A stretch of 64,000 nt of DNA from Sphyrna mokarran (Eukaryota). Below are positions 34,821 to 48,043 of the stretch, in pieces (position 1 is the first letter of the stretch; the number at the start of each line of letters is the position of its first letter). A program made the position numbers and the translations under genes. The stretch covers positions 35,898,001-35,962,000 of the forward strand of contig JAGIQG010000022.1 of assembly GCA_024679065.1 (NCBI GenBank), given 5' to 3'. Below the pieces are notes generated by a model. It was not told where the DNA came from, did not search any database, and worked only from the letters and a program-made list of their open reading frames with translations.

Positions 34821-36612
34821 ACCCTATAAATAAATAACAAAAATGATGGGAAATGGAATAGTTGACTGACCCGATCGACATCGACATTTGAATTATGTTT
34901 TGGGAATGATCAAGGACCTGTCAATTCTTATACTCAGGGGATGGGGTCCATGAAGCCAACACTGCACTCCACAGAGGGTGCCCTCATCAGACTGTTTGCT
35001 GGAGTGGCTCAGAGCAGGGAAACACTTCATCTCTGCTCTGGAGATGGCTGCCCAGCAGTGTGACCACCCCTGTCTGGGATGGATTGGCAGCCCTAGTCAG
35101 TGCCAACGCACTCCAGAAGTCTTGGAAAAAGATGAATGATTTTTTTTGCTAAGCCAGGATAAGAGAACCAACACCCACCCCTCCCCCCACCCTGTCTCCC
35201 ACTAGATCCCCTCGCACAACCCCCGCACCTCCAACTCTTTCTCTCACTGTGCCACGTTGGCTTCTGCCAATGCCAGGCACCAGGTTCCCCCCTCCCTCCC
35301 ACAGTAGGCAGTAGGGGGTGGAAATCAGCAGGCTGCCTCAACCTCAGCTGTGGATCCTGGGGAGACATCTGGATGTAGTGGGAGGGTTAGGAAGATCAAG
35401 AAACGATAAGCACTTAGTGGGCACAGGCATACATAAGCATGTTGCAGTAAGGTCATCATTCTGATCTGAATGTTTGTCAATAAATTTCACTTCATTCAGC
35501 CACAGAGCCTCCACCCTGTCTGTTCACGTCATCATTGAGGGACGCGTTCGCCTAGTGTCTCATTCCCTGGACTGTAAGAATGACAGTGCTATATTCCTCA
35601 CACTCTCTCACCTGCCCTCACTATGGAAGAGTACTCCCTCAGCTGCGATATGGACAGAACCTAGGATGGAGGACATGGGAATTACTGTCTGCATCGCAGC
35701 CTTCACAACCACTTGAAAGCAGGGACGCCCTTAAATAAAGGCCTTCAAGTGACACTCCCCTACCCCACTCTCCAAGATGGCTATTCTGGAACTCCCTGGG
35801 ACACTGCCATCCTCGCAGATGGAGAGAGTCACCTTTGACAGGACTGGAAGAGACTGCAATGGAAAGGGCTGGAAAATTCAACCACAAAAGTCTTTAAATG
35901 ATTGCATGGCCGTGAGCTGAGCAAGGTCTCTGGGATCCAAACACCTGCAAAAGTCAGTGCTTCAGCAACCACAGGGCGGAGAATTGAAGGGAAATGTACA
36001 AAGCTGCAAATTGGTGGAAGTATATTCATGATGGAAAAACTTTCGGCTATTTCCACATGGCTGGCAGAATGGCCCGACATATCCTTCAATCCCAAATCTC
36101 CAATAATGTTACACAATGGAAATCTGAAGGAAAGTGTAATGGTGTAACACAAAATGGGCAAACATCCCCTAACTCTATTTTGATTGACTTCAATGGACAG
36201 CTGGAATGTAAAGTATCCTTTCAGGTTGCTATTGTTCGAGACCAATTCCGCTGCCTTATCATTACACGAAACAAAGGTTCAAAGGCACCTGGAGAGCCAG
36301 CCTACACAGCTGGCACAGGTTTTTTAAAGAAAGCTGTTTAACATGCCAGGGAATATCATGCAAAACCCAATCCTTGCATATGGAGAGGGGGGAGGAGGAG
36401 GGGGAGACACATAAAAGTTCAAGCAAGTGAATGAGACTGTTGCATTATTATGGCTGATGAAAGGGGTGTGTGCGGGGGTGGGGAAGGGGCTTGATTTAGC
36501 TCCTCTTTCCCTGTGGGCTGGCTGGTGGCGATGCGATGATGGGGGGGGGAGAGAGAAGAGAGGGCGGAGGGGGTGGGGAGTGAAGGGGGTGTGAGATGGA
36601 GGGGGTGGGTAG

Positions 36613-36702
36613 GTGTGGTGACTAGAGGATTTTCACAGTAACTTCATTGCAATGTTAATGTAAGCCTATTGTGATACTAATAAATAAACTTAAACTTAAA
36701 AC
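36613..36702 (+). mobile_element. Isolated V-SINE type-B tail
   Basis: GTGTGGTGACTAGAGGATTTTCACAGTAACTTCATTGCAATGTTAATGTAAGCC...TAATAAATAAACTTAAACTTAAA. Confidence 0.8.
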
Positions 36703-37562
36703 TGCCCCCTCAGTGAGAGCCAAAACCATATATGGAGCAAAGAACGGAGTCCATGGTGTGAACTAGCAAATCCAGCATAAAAACTCAGCTCCCCAAATAA
36801 AGCAATTGAAAGATTCTTACACTCCAGCATTACTGCGTTTGCACCATTGTGCCGACACCGAAATTAACTTTTGCCCACGTACTGTAGCTATCATGGAAAA
36901 TCTGTCACACAGTTATTGAATGTTCTTCCTGATTAAAAGCTTTTATCGATTTTGAAATAACAGACTAGGCACAGTGAAGTGAAACATCAGCTGACAACAC
37001 CGACTGAATTAAATACATCAAAAAAAACACTGGAATATAGGAGCCTTCAATGGAATACAAAAGCTGCTGCAGGAGGCAGGAGAGTGGTGCTCATTGACTG
37101 AGCTACACAAATATTTATGGAGTCGGTTTGTTTGAGGAGGAGAGAAAGCAACCAGCGTGTGAACACTAATACTTCTTATTGAGCTTGTTGCATCGCTCCA
37201 CCTGAAACACTTCTCCCACCAGCCGTTTCTCACTCTTTCAAAAGCTCTTTGCTTTTGTCAAAAGACCGCTCCATGTCTCCAGCCCGAGGAGAGAGAAATA
37301 TTGACACTCACAGAAGCCTGGACTGCTTCAAAGAGCTAAAACCTACAGCTCTCTACTTGTAATGTTAATGCATGTAAGCAGTGTGGTGCTCTCTATATTG
37401 CAAGATGCAATGGAATGGAATGCTGTACAGAACTGGTGTTGCACATATTTGTATGAAAGCATTTTAAGAAATGTCTGGGGAGGGATGAGTATGTAGTATC
37501 AGCCCAATGGGTTGTTTGCGGGGATTTAAGTTTATGTTTGTCCATGCCATCATTTCAGGAAA

Positions 37563-38035
37563 CACAATGGCCTAATGGTGTTATTGCTAGACTATTAATC
37601 CAGAAACTCACCTAACATTCTGGGGTTCAAAACCTGCCAGATGGTGGAATTTGAATTCAATAAAAAATATCTGGAATTAAGAATCTACTGATGACCATTG
37701 TCGATTGTCAGAAAAGGGGGAGACACATAAAAGGACAAGCAAGTGAATAAGACTGTTGCATTATTATGGCTGATGAAAGGGGTGTGTGTTGGGATGGGGA
37801 TGGATTTATTAATGTCCTTTGGGGAAGGAAATATGCCATCCTTACCTGGTCTGGCCAATATATGACTTCAGACCCACAGCAATGTTGTTGGCCCTTTGAA
37901 ATGGCCTAGCAAGCCACTTAGTTGTATTAATTGCAAAGAAGACGGCTTACCACCACCTTCTCAAGGGCAACCAGGAGTGGGCAATAAATACTGGCCAACC
38001 AATGGCGTTCATATCCCATGAATGAATAAAAAAAA
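37563..38035 (+). mobile_element. tRNA-SINE family 2 carrying a templated insertion
   Basis: Family head, body and tail are present. 37716-37805 is a copy of 36399-36495. Confidence 0.85.
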
Positions 38036-38609
38036 CTATAAGACGTGTATGTTAAAAACTGAAGGGAGTTCAGTAACATAAAAACATCTCAAATTTCTTT
38101 TAGATTTGACCATTGTCCATGTTTGGGAGGAGCATTGGATTAAGTAGAGTCATGGATATATGCTGCACTGGATACTGGGACTAATAATGATGGAATCTAT
38201 CTGGTTCATAAATGCTCTCTTGAGAAATAAAGTAGGCATCCTTAGCCAGTCTGGCTTCTTGGTGACTCCAGTCCCACACCCAGTGTGATTGACTCTTATC
38301 TGTCCTCTGAAGTGTTTGAGCAAGTCCTTCAGTTATATCAAACCAATGGAAAAGAAATGACAAGAATCACACTGAAGGCAGCATTCCACTGAGGTCCAGA
38401 ACAACTTTCTCTGGATAACTAGAATGGAAAACAAACGCCAGCCTCGCCAGCAATGCCCACATCCTGAGAATTAATTCAAAAAATAATTATTGCAACATAT
38501 GGGGATTACAAAGCTCCTTTATTACCTCAGAAATGCTCAGGTTTTACCTTTGAGAATTCTTCTATGAAGAACCTTTGTATTGGCTCTCAAAAGCTCATCC
38601 AGCATTTTG

Positions 38610-39917
38610 ATTGTGGTGTGCACCAGATACAATCTAAGGAAAACCATCAGAGATGACAAAAGACAATATTAGACCAATCTAGAGTCCCAGGCTATCTGCA
38701 CAGTCTCCTGGCAAGGTCTGTAAAACATAACAGGCTACAAGGTGAAATCATGTAAAAAAATCACCGGCTCCTACGTAGCCCTCCCTGATGAGCTCAATGC
38801 ATTCTATGTCCGTTTTGAGCAAGAGGTCAGTGGAGCACGTCCTCCATCCTGAAGGCCTCGGCCGAACCTATATCCAAGGTCACTATTGCAAGTGTCAGAG
38901 CAGTTTTCTTGAAGGTCAAGAAGGTCAAGAAAGCAATTGGCTCGCATAGGATACCTGGATGAGCACTCATATATTCAGATCTTGCGCAGACAAACTGGGT
39001 GGGGGAGGGGATCTGGCATTCGCAGATATCTTCAACCACTCTTTCCACCAATCTGAGGTCCCTATCTACTTCAAGAAAATGGCCATCATCCTAGTGCAAG
39101 AGAAAAGCCAGGCAGTGTGTCTTAATAACTATTGTCTGATGCCTCTGACATCCATCATTATGAAATGCTTTGAAAGGTTAGTCATGGCATGAATGAATTC
39201 TGGCCTCCCGGATTGCCTGAATCCACTACAGTTCATCTACTGCTGTAATAGGTCCACATTTCCCTGGTCCTGCCCTCAATCTTGGAGCACCAAAACAATA
39301 AATACACTACATCAGACTCCTATTTATTGACTATAACTCAGCCTTCAACATTATTATTCCTGCAAAACTCATCTCCAAACACCGTGGCCTCCCTCTGCTA
39401 CTGGATCTTGAACTTACAAAGCCACAGATTGCAATCAGTTAGGAGAAGCAGTAACACCTCCTCCATGATTCCCTCAACACCGGTGCCCCACAAGGCTGTG
39501 TCCTCAGGCCCTTATTATGCACCTACAACTGTGTGGCCAAATTCCCCTCCAACTTGATTTTCAAGTTAGTCGATGGCACCACTGTAGTAGGTCGGAACTC
39601 AAACAAAGTGTAGGAATTAGACAGAGAATCTGGTGAACTGGTATGATGACAATAATCTCTTCCTCAATGTCAACAAAATGATGGAGATAGTCGTTGACTT
39701 TAGGAAGTAATAGAGAACATGTCCTTCTCTACGTCAATGGGAACAAAGTAGAAATTGTCGTGAGTTTCAAATGTTCAGGTGTCCAGATCACCAATAACCT
39801 GTCCTGTTCCCCCCATCCTGATACAATAGTTAAGAAAGCCCAATGCCTCTACTTTCTCAAAAGATTGGACATGTCAGCTTTGACTCTCATTGACTTTTAC
39901 AGATACACCATAGAAAG
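38610..39917 (+). mobile_element. Rex1/Babar-type LINE ORF2 remnant, 5' part
   Basis: LPDELNAFYVRFE, FADIFNHSF...CLNNYCLMPLTSIIMKCFERLV, DYNSAFNII, K-VDGTTVVG, KKAQ-LYFL. Confidence 0.85.
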
Positions 39918-42105
39918 AACAAAAAACAAAGAAAATTACAGCACAGGAGCAGGCCTTTTTGACTCTCCAAGTCTGCACCGACCATTCTGCCTAACTTAAT
40001 TAAAACTCCCTACCCTTCTGGTGACCATATCCCTCTATTCCCATCCTTGTCAAACCCTTAAAAGTCACTACCATATCCACTTCACTACCTCCTACGGCAA
40101 CAAGTTCCAGACACCCACTATTCTCAATATAAAATATCTGCCTTATGCATCTCCTCACACCTTAAACCTATGTCCTCTAGTAATTGACTCTTCCACCCTG
40201 AGAAAAAACTTTTGACTATCCATTCTGTGCACGCTTTTCATAATCTTGTAAACATCTATCAGGTCTCCCCTCAACCTCTATCGCTCCAGTGAGAACAAAC
40301 CAAGTTTCTCCAACTTCTCCTCAAAGCTAATGCCCTCCATACCAGGCAACATCCTGGTAAATCTTCTCTGTACCCTTTCCAAAGCCTCCACATCCTTCTG
40401 ATAGTGTGACAATTAGAATTGAACACTATATTCCAAATGCGCCCTAAGTAAGGACGTATAAAGTTGCAACGTGACTTACCAATTTTTAAACTCAATGCCC
40501 CGGCCAATGAAGGCAGCATGCTGTTTGCCTTTTTGACTACCTTCTCCAACTGCATTGCCACTTTCACTGACCTATGTACCTGTACACCCAGATCCCTTTG
40601 CCTATCAATACTCTTAAGCATTTTGCCATTTACTGTATATTTTCTATCTGTATTAGACCTTCCAAAGTGCATTACCTCACATTTCTCTGGATTAAACTCC
40701 ATCTGCCATTTCTCCGCCCAAGTCACCAACTGATCTATATCCTGCTGTATCCCTCATTGCTATTCGCATATCCACCAACCTTTGTGTTATTCGCAAACTT
40801 ACTAATGAAACTAGTTACATTTTCTTCCAAATCATTTATATATTACCAACAGCAAAGGTCCCAGCATTGACCACTGAGGAACACCACTTGTCACAGTCCT
40901 CCATTCAGAAACATACCTTTTTCACTAATACCATCTGTCTACTTTGTCAGAGCCGATTTTATATCCTCTTACCAGCTCATCTCTAATCCCAGGTGACTTC
41001 ACCTTCTGCACCAGTCTGCCATGAGGGACCTTGTCAAAGCTTTACTGAAGTCCATGTAGCCAACATTTACTGCCCTATCCTCATCAACCATCTTTATCAC
41101 TTCCTTGAAAAACATGATCATGTTTGTGAGACACAATCTCCTCTTCACAAAATCATATTGCCTCTCATAAATACATTCACTTATTTCCAAATAGGAATAA
41201 ATCCTGTCTTGAAGAATCCTCTCCAATAATTTCCCTACCACGGATGTAAGGCTCAGTGGCCTGTAATTACCTGGATTATTCTTGGTACCCTCCTTAAACA
41301 AAGGAACAACATTGGCGATTTTCCAATCCTCTGGACCCTCCCCTGTAGCTAGTGAGGATACAAAGATTTCTCTCAGAGCCTCAGGAGTTTCTTCCTTGCC
41401 TCTCTCAGTATTCTGGGGTATATCCCAGCAGACCCTGGGGATTTGTCTACCTTAATGTTTCTCAACAACCCCAATACCTCCTCCTTCTTGATCTCAACAT
41501 AACTCAAACTATCGACACATCCTTTCCCAGACTCATCATCCACCAAGTATTCCTCTTTGGTGAATATTGATGCAAAGTACCCATTTAATACCTCACGCTT
41601 TTCCTCTGATTCCAGGCATTGATTCCCTTCCTTGTCCTTGAGTGAGCCAACCCTTTCCCTGGCTACCCTCTTGCTCTTTATATATGTATAAAATGATTTG
41701 GGATTTTCCTTAATCCTGATGGCCATTGCTTTCTCATGTCTCCTTTTAGCCCTTCTTAGTCCTTGCTTAAGTTTCTTTCTACTTTCCTTGTATTCCACAC
41801 TTGCTTCATGTGTTCCCAGCCTCCCAGCTTTGACAAATGCTTCTTTTCTCTCTTTGACTAGGCTCACAATATCTCCCGTTATCCAAGGTTTCCAAAACTT
41901 GCCATACTTATCCTTCATCCTCACAGGAATGTGCCAGTTCTGAATCCCTATTAACTTACACTTGAAAACCCCCACATGTTGTTTTGCTCTTAAGCATCTG
42001 CCCCAATCTACATTCTTCAGTTCCTACCTAATATTGTTGTAATTAGCCTTCCCCCAATTTAGCACCTTAACTTGAGAACTACGCTTATCTTTATCCATTA
42101 TTCAG
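39918..42105 (-). mobile_element. CR1 LINE (moderately old) nested in the Rex1 element
   Basis: [64 protein letters not shown] at 39911-39917 and 42118-42124. Confidence 0.9.
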
Positions 42106-42117
42106 CTGTGATATAAC

Positions 42118-42592
42118 TAGAAAGCATTGTATCACAGTTTGGTATGATGCCTGTTCTGTCCATGGCCACAAGAAACTATGAAGAGTAATGAATGAAGCCC
42201 AGTCCATCACGCCCCCTATCCATTGACACTGCTATCAGTTCCTGCTGCCTCAGCAAAGTAGTCAGCATAATTAGGGACCCCACGCACCCCAGACATTCTC
42301 TCTTCCACCTTCTTCCATCAGGATAAACATACAGAAGTCCAAGGTCATGTACCAACTGACTTGGGAAGCAAGGAAGCAACAGTTTCTTCCCTGCTGCCAT
42401 CAGACTTTTGGATCGACCTACCTTGCATTAAATTGATGTTTCTCCACACCCTATCTTTGACTATAACACTACATTCTACACTTCTCCTTTCCTTCTCGAC
42501 ATATGGTATGCTTCATTTGTATGGTGCACAAGAAACAATACTTTTCACTGTATCCCAGTACATGTGACAATAATGAATCAAATCATATCAAG
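42118..42592 (+). mobile_element. Rex1/Babar-type LINE, 3' part and tail
   Basis: ES-CITVWY..C...KKL-RVMNEA, then IIRDPTHPRHSLFHLLPSG. Tail CTTTTCACTGTATCCCAGTACATGTGACAATAATGAATCAAATC. Confidence 0.85.
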
Positions 42593-42749
42593 TAGGTGTT
42601 TATCAGAAACTTCCTCAATATCTCCGGCACTCCACTGAAGACTTTTGAGAGCATCTTCCAGTTATTCAGGATTGGTATGCGTACTATTTCCATGGAAACT
42701 CTTGTATCATCTCTCATTCTGTCTGATGCTTAGTAAGAGAAAGAAAAAC

Positions 42750-42890
42750 ATTCCGATGAAAATTCATCAGCTTAAAATCTGAACTCTTGTTTTTCTCTCT
42801 CCACAGATGCTGCCAGGTCTGTTGATCGTTTCCAGTATTTTCTGTTTTGATTTCATATTTCCAGCAATTGCAGCATTTTGCTTTTTTTTA
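42750..42890 (+). mobile_element. Penelope-like terminal repeat fragment (family 1)
   Basis: TTCCGATGAAA...TCTCTCTCCACAGATGCTGCCAGGTCTGTTGA...TTCCAGCAATTGCAGCATTTTGC. Confidence 0.6.
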
Positions 42891-42905
42891 TTCCCTGTCT
42901 CAGGA

Positions 42906-44866
42906 TCCCATGTCAGGATGAGGCTTGAAGGCTCAGTTAGTGCAATGGATAGCTATAGATTAGCCAGGAGGGAGCTAAAGAGTGAATTGAGGAGAGCTAA
43001 GAGGGGACACGAGAAGACTTTGGCTGATAGGATTAAGGAGAATCCTAAAGCTTCCTTTAGATATGTTAAGAATACAAGATTGGTTAGGACAAGATTAGGG
43101 CCAGTCACAGACAGCAGTGGGAAGTTGTGCGTGGAGCCTGAAGAGATTGGAGAGGCACTGAATAAATATTTCCCTTTGGTATTCACACAGGGTAATGCAA
43201 ATGTAGTTATGGAGAACACTGAGGTACTGGGTAGCAAACTGGAAAGTATTGAAGTAGATAGGGAGGATGTGCTAGATATTCTTGAGGGTTTGAAGTTGGA
43301 TAAGTCCCCTGGGCCGGACGGGATTTACCCTAGGATTCTCTGGGAGGCAAGAGAGGAGATTGCAGAGCCTCTGGCTCTGATCTTCAGGTCATCGTTGGTT
43401 ATGGGTGTGGTTCCGGAGGACTGGAGGATAGCGAATGTGGTCCCATTGTTCAAGAAGGGGAAGAGAGACCTTCCAGGGAATTATAGGCCCGTGAGTCTTA
43501 CTTCTGTTGTGGGCAAAGTATTGGAGAGAATTATTAGGGATAGGATTTATAGTTATTTAGAGAGAAATGAATTGATTGGGGATAGTCCGCATGGTTTTGT
43601 GAAGGGTAGGTCGTGCCTTACTAACCTTATTGAGTTTTTTGAAAAAGTGACCAAAGAGGTGGATGGGGTAAGGCGGTTGATGTGGTATATATGGACTTTA
43701 GTAAGGCTTCGATAAGGTGTCCCATGGAAGGCTTCTGCAGAAAATGCAGATGTATGGGATAGAGGGTGATTTAGCTAATTGGATTAGGAATTGGCTAGCA
43801 GATAGAAGACAGAGGGTGGTGTTTGATGGGAGATATTCATCATGGAGTTCGGTGACAAGTGGTGTACCTCAGGGGTCTGTTTTGGGGCCCCTGCTGTTTG
43901 TAATTTTTCTAAATGATCTGGATGAGGGTATTGAAGGATGGATTAGTAAATTTGCAGATGACACTAAAGTCGGTGGAGTGGTAGATAGTGAAGAGGGTGT
44001 TATAGTTTTCAGAGAGACTTGGACAAGTTGCAGAGCTGGGCCGAGAGGTGGCAAATGGAGTTTAATGTGGAAAAGTGTGAGGTAATGCACTTTGGCAGGA
44101 ACAATAATGTGTAGAGTATAGGGCTAATGGTAGGGCTCTTAATAGTGTTGAGGAACAGAAGGATCTTGGTGTATGTGTCAATAGATCCCTGAAAGTAGGC
44201 AGTCAAGTGGATAAAGTTGTTAAGAAGGCATATGGAGTCTTAGCTTTTATTGGTAGGGGGATTGAATTTAGGAGCCGCAGCATCATGTTGCAACTGTCCA
44301 AAACTCTAGTGCGGCCGCACTTGGAGTATTGTGTGCAGTTCTGGTCCCCACATTATAAGAAAGATGTGGAGGCATTGGAGAGGGTACAGAGGAGTTTTAC
44401 CAGGATGTTGCCTGGTATGGAAGGCAGGTCTTATGAAGAGAGGTTGAGAGATTTGAGGTTGTTTTCGTTAGAAAGAAGGCAGCTAAGAGGAGACCTTATT
44501 GAAACATATAAGATGATTAGAGGTTTTTAGATAGTGTGGACAGTGATAGCCTTTTTCCTAGGATGGAGAAAGCTAGCACGAGGGGACACAGCTTTAAATT
44601 AATGGGTGATAGTTATAGGACGGATTTCAGAGGTAGGTTCTTTACCCAAAGGGTGGTTCGGGAGTGGAATGCCCTGCCTGCAGCAGTTGTAGATGCGCCA
44701 AGTTTGGTGGCGTTTAAGAGTTTAGTTGATAAGTATATGGAAGAGAAGGGAATGGTTTAGTTTGGAGGGGCATTGCTTTTTATATTGGTCGGCGCAACAT
44801 CGAGGGCTGAAGGGCCTGTTCTGTGCTGTAATGTTCTATGTTCTATGTTCTATGTTCTATGTTCTA
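42906..44866 (+). mobile_element. Young 5'-truncated CR1 LINE, same subfamily as 32940-34273
   Basis: ORF2 pieces IKENPKA, KSPGPDGIYPRIL, GNYRPVSLTSVVGK, FADDTK and WNALP. Tail (TGTTCTA)x5. Confidence 0.95.
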
Positions 44867-46671
44867 TCATTCCACGAACTGATCAGATTCCCTGAGAGTC
44901 TTCCTCCATTTGACTGAGCTGCAGCCTGACAGAACAAAGGGCATCAGCATAGGGGAGGGTATGGAGCACTGCTACTTAAGGTTGGCAGCCTCATAGCTCC
45001 TGTGCTTCGAGAAGTCACTGTGGCTCAGACGTACATGGCCCTCGTGTTTTCAATGGGCAATGGAAGGTTTCAGACCCAGGCTCCGATCCGAACTGAGGTT
45101 GTTTGATGAGGATGGATAAGATTCATCACGGCCAAATTGCTTTCCAACACTCACTGCCTAGGCAGGACCTCAGGGGAGGAGGAGGAGACCCTCACCTGTG
45201 GAACTATATTCCAGCAAGCAGATAAAGTTCCATAGAATCATAGCGATTACAGTGTCAAAGGCCATTTGGCCCATCATTCCTCTTCTCGTGTGAACTCTTC
45301 AATGTGAAAGGAGAGCAGCAGAGCAGAAGTTAATTTTTTGAGGTGTTGAGTAATCACTGTAATAGGAACACAAAATAGGCGCTTGTCATCTGAATCTGTC
45401 AGTTCATTGTATGGAGTCAATACAAGTTCTTTGATTGCTGTTCTAAACTTGCCCTGGCATGTGAATGCTAACAGATTCCTGTCACCACATTGTGACAAAG
45501 CCCATGAGAAGTAGCACGCTCTGATCATTCTTTCCTTCCTTATACACTTTCAGTGTATTTAAGCAGCAGCAGATTAATGGAGCTACATTTTAAAACTTAA
45601 TTACATGACCTTGTGGGATCAGCATTAATTAAACTTGTAAATGAAGTTAATTGGAGATGTTCCCAGATGATAGGCAATTTTGAAGAGTGTGACTGCGTAA
45701 CTGAGAAGATAGTGTGAAAATATCAGCACGGCTGTGTGAGAATGAGAGTGAAGCCATGCTCACTTGGGAGAGGCATGAAAGAGAGAGCCAAAACTGTTCC
45801 TCAGCAAAAGAGTCAAATGGCTAGAAAGTCATGTTAGCGATTTTGGTTCCCAAGTGTTTAACGATTGTGTGACACTTCTTCTATATGAACTGAACTGTCA
45901 CTGTAACTGCACACTGATGTGGACATGCAGCTTAGGAGCAGAGGGAGGCCACTGATATCACACACAAAGGGGTAGATCATGGCTGAGTGAAAGACAGACA
46001 ATTTTGTATTTCTCCCATCGTTTATTCCCATTGAAGTTAAAGGTTCATGCAAAATCCCAGATGTGCTCCCATCCTTCCTATGCTCAACTCACTGTTCTGG
46101 CCCCACAGAGAATATCCACAGTGCCAGCATTCATATTACCAAACTGCAGCCCTATAACACTGTGCTGTCTTTTACCTCACAATATTATTGCATATTTCAC
46201 ATTCCTATATAGGTTTGTTCATTAACCATCTCAAGACTGTCTTAACATCCAACTGTTTCAACACTGTCCACACACACAATACCAGTGACAACTCACCAAA
46301 CTGAGTTTTAAGTCCCAGTGGCTTTCCAGTGAGAAAGCGCAATAGTCAGTTACTGTTCACTCTGGCTGTGTCAGCATGGATGTCCACACCAATTTAAACT
46401 TTGTTACTATCTGTCATTGTCAGTAACAGCTGGGAAGTGACTGTCAACCTTGTGAAATTTGGGCCGTTTCTGTAGCAAGGAATGGGACAGGGAATTATGG
46501 GAGAGGATAAGGAAGAGTCCAAAGCAGGAGAAGGCCTTGTGCTCCTTTGTGGGGCCTACAGGAGAATTGCAGCTCCACCTGACCACATAAAAGAATGTTA
46601 GGGCTTCTTCACATCCTAAGCAATCTCCTCCTGTCAGGTGAAGTTCCTCAATAGAAATGGCACCAGATGTT

Positions 46672-47028
46672 TTTTTTATTCATTTGTTGGACATGGGCAT
46701 CACTGCCGGCCAGCATTTATTACCAGTCCCTAGTTACCTTTGAACTGAAAAGCTTGCTAGGCCATTTTAGAGGGCTGCTGAGACTCACATGTAGGCCACA
46801 GCAGGTAAGGATGGCAGATTTCCTTTCCTAATGGAATTAGTGAACCAGATGGGTTTTTCTAACAACTAACAATGGTTTCATGGTAATCAGTCAATTCTTA
46901 ATTCCTAATAGTTCTTATTGAATTCAAATTCCATCAGCTACCATGGCAGGATTTGAACCCGGTTCCCCATTAGCTGAAGTTTTGGATTAATAGTCCAATG
47001 ATAATACCACAAGGCCATTGCCTCCCCT
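46672..47028 (-). mobile_element. tRNA-SINE family 2
   Basis: Full antisense copy ending ACCACAAGGCCATTGCCTCCCC. Confidence 0.85.
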
Positions 47029-47707
47029 ACAAGTTGCGATTGCCAATGTCAGATTCTGATGAATATATTTAAAGCAGGATCCAGCAGCTTTGGATGAATG
47101 CGTTTGATAGTCAGATAAGCAGATTGAGAATGGGTACAGCGGCATTCACTAGCTCGATGGCATGAGCTCTTTTTGTGACTATCTGCACAGATTTTAGCAG
47201 GTGAACAGAATTAAAGATTCCTTAAAGAAAATGTCCTTTTTGTGTGAGCGCTAGAAGTCTGTTCATAAATTCTAGCCTGAAGTCCAGCATTAGTACAATC
47301 AGCAAGAATTAATGTGGTTGTAAATAACCTTTCCTATGCATGAATACAGACAGATCTCCCTCACTGTTAATGGGAAACAAAATGGAAAAGTTCAAGAAAA
47401 CCTGGGATTGGAGTACATTATGTATTTCAGAAAAGTATTAGGCTGTTCATTGATTCAAATTAAGGCACTTGAGACTATAGGAAAATAATGTGATTTATAT
47501 GAAAAAAACATTCTCAACTTGTTTATCTTCAATCAGGATTAATTTCCATTAGAAAGTCAAAGCTAATTTCAGGCAGTAATGTTATTTATTATCATTACTC
47601 CTGTATGCAATTATTTCAGTAATTGAGCTGTTGAAATAATTTGAAATTGTCCATTGTTCAATGAGTGACTGGTAATGAAACATCAAACTCAGAAACAGTA
47701 CTGTGCT

Positions 47708-48043
47708 TATTTTCTATTCATTTATGGAGATGGGCATTGCTGGCTGGCCCAGCAATTTATTGCCCATCCCTAGCTGCCCAAGGGCAGTTCAGAGTCAACT
47801 ACATTGCTGTGATTCAGATCAATTAGCAGACCAGGTAAGGAGGTCAGATTTCCTTCCCTAAAATGAACCAGATTGGTCTTTCCGACAATGATTTCACGGT
47901 CATCAGTAGATTCTTAATTCCTGATATTTTTTTACTGAATTCAAATTCCACCATCAAACCTGGTGGGATTCGAACCAGAGTCCCCAGAACATTAACTCAG
48001 TTTTTGGATTAATAGTCTTGTGATAATACTCAGCCATCGCTTC
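47708..48043 (-). mobile_element. tRNA-SINE family 2
   Basis: Antisense copy with GGGATTCGAACC (B box) and TTGCCCATCCCTAG tail. Confidence 0.85.

Noticed and set aside
35829-36341. Overlapping 81-138 aa ORFs on both strands
   Set aside because: There is no recognisable domain or convincing splice signal, and the region partly overlaps a MITE end.
42807-42905. Hydrophobic signal-peptide-like N-terminus on the 302-aa ORF
   Set aside because: It is chance in-frame read-through from the T-rich Penelope-type fragment into a truncated CR1 ORF2.
32940-44866. Segmental duplication, or LTR pair, formed by the two near-identical CR1 copies
   Set aside because: Similarity stops at the element boundaries and the flanks differ, so these are independent LINE insertions.
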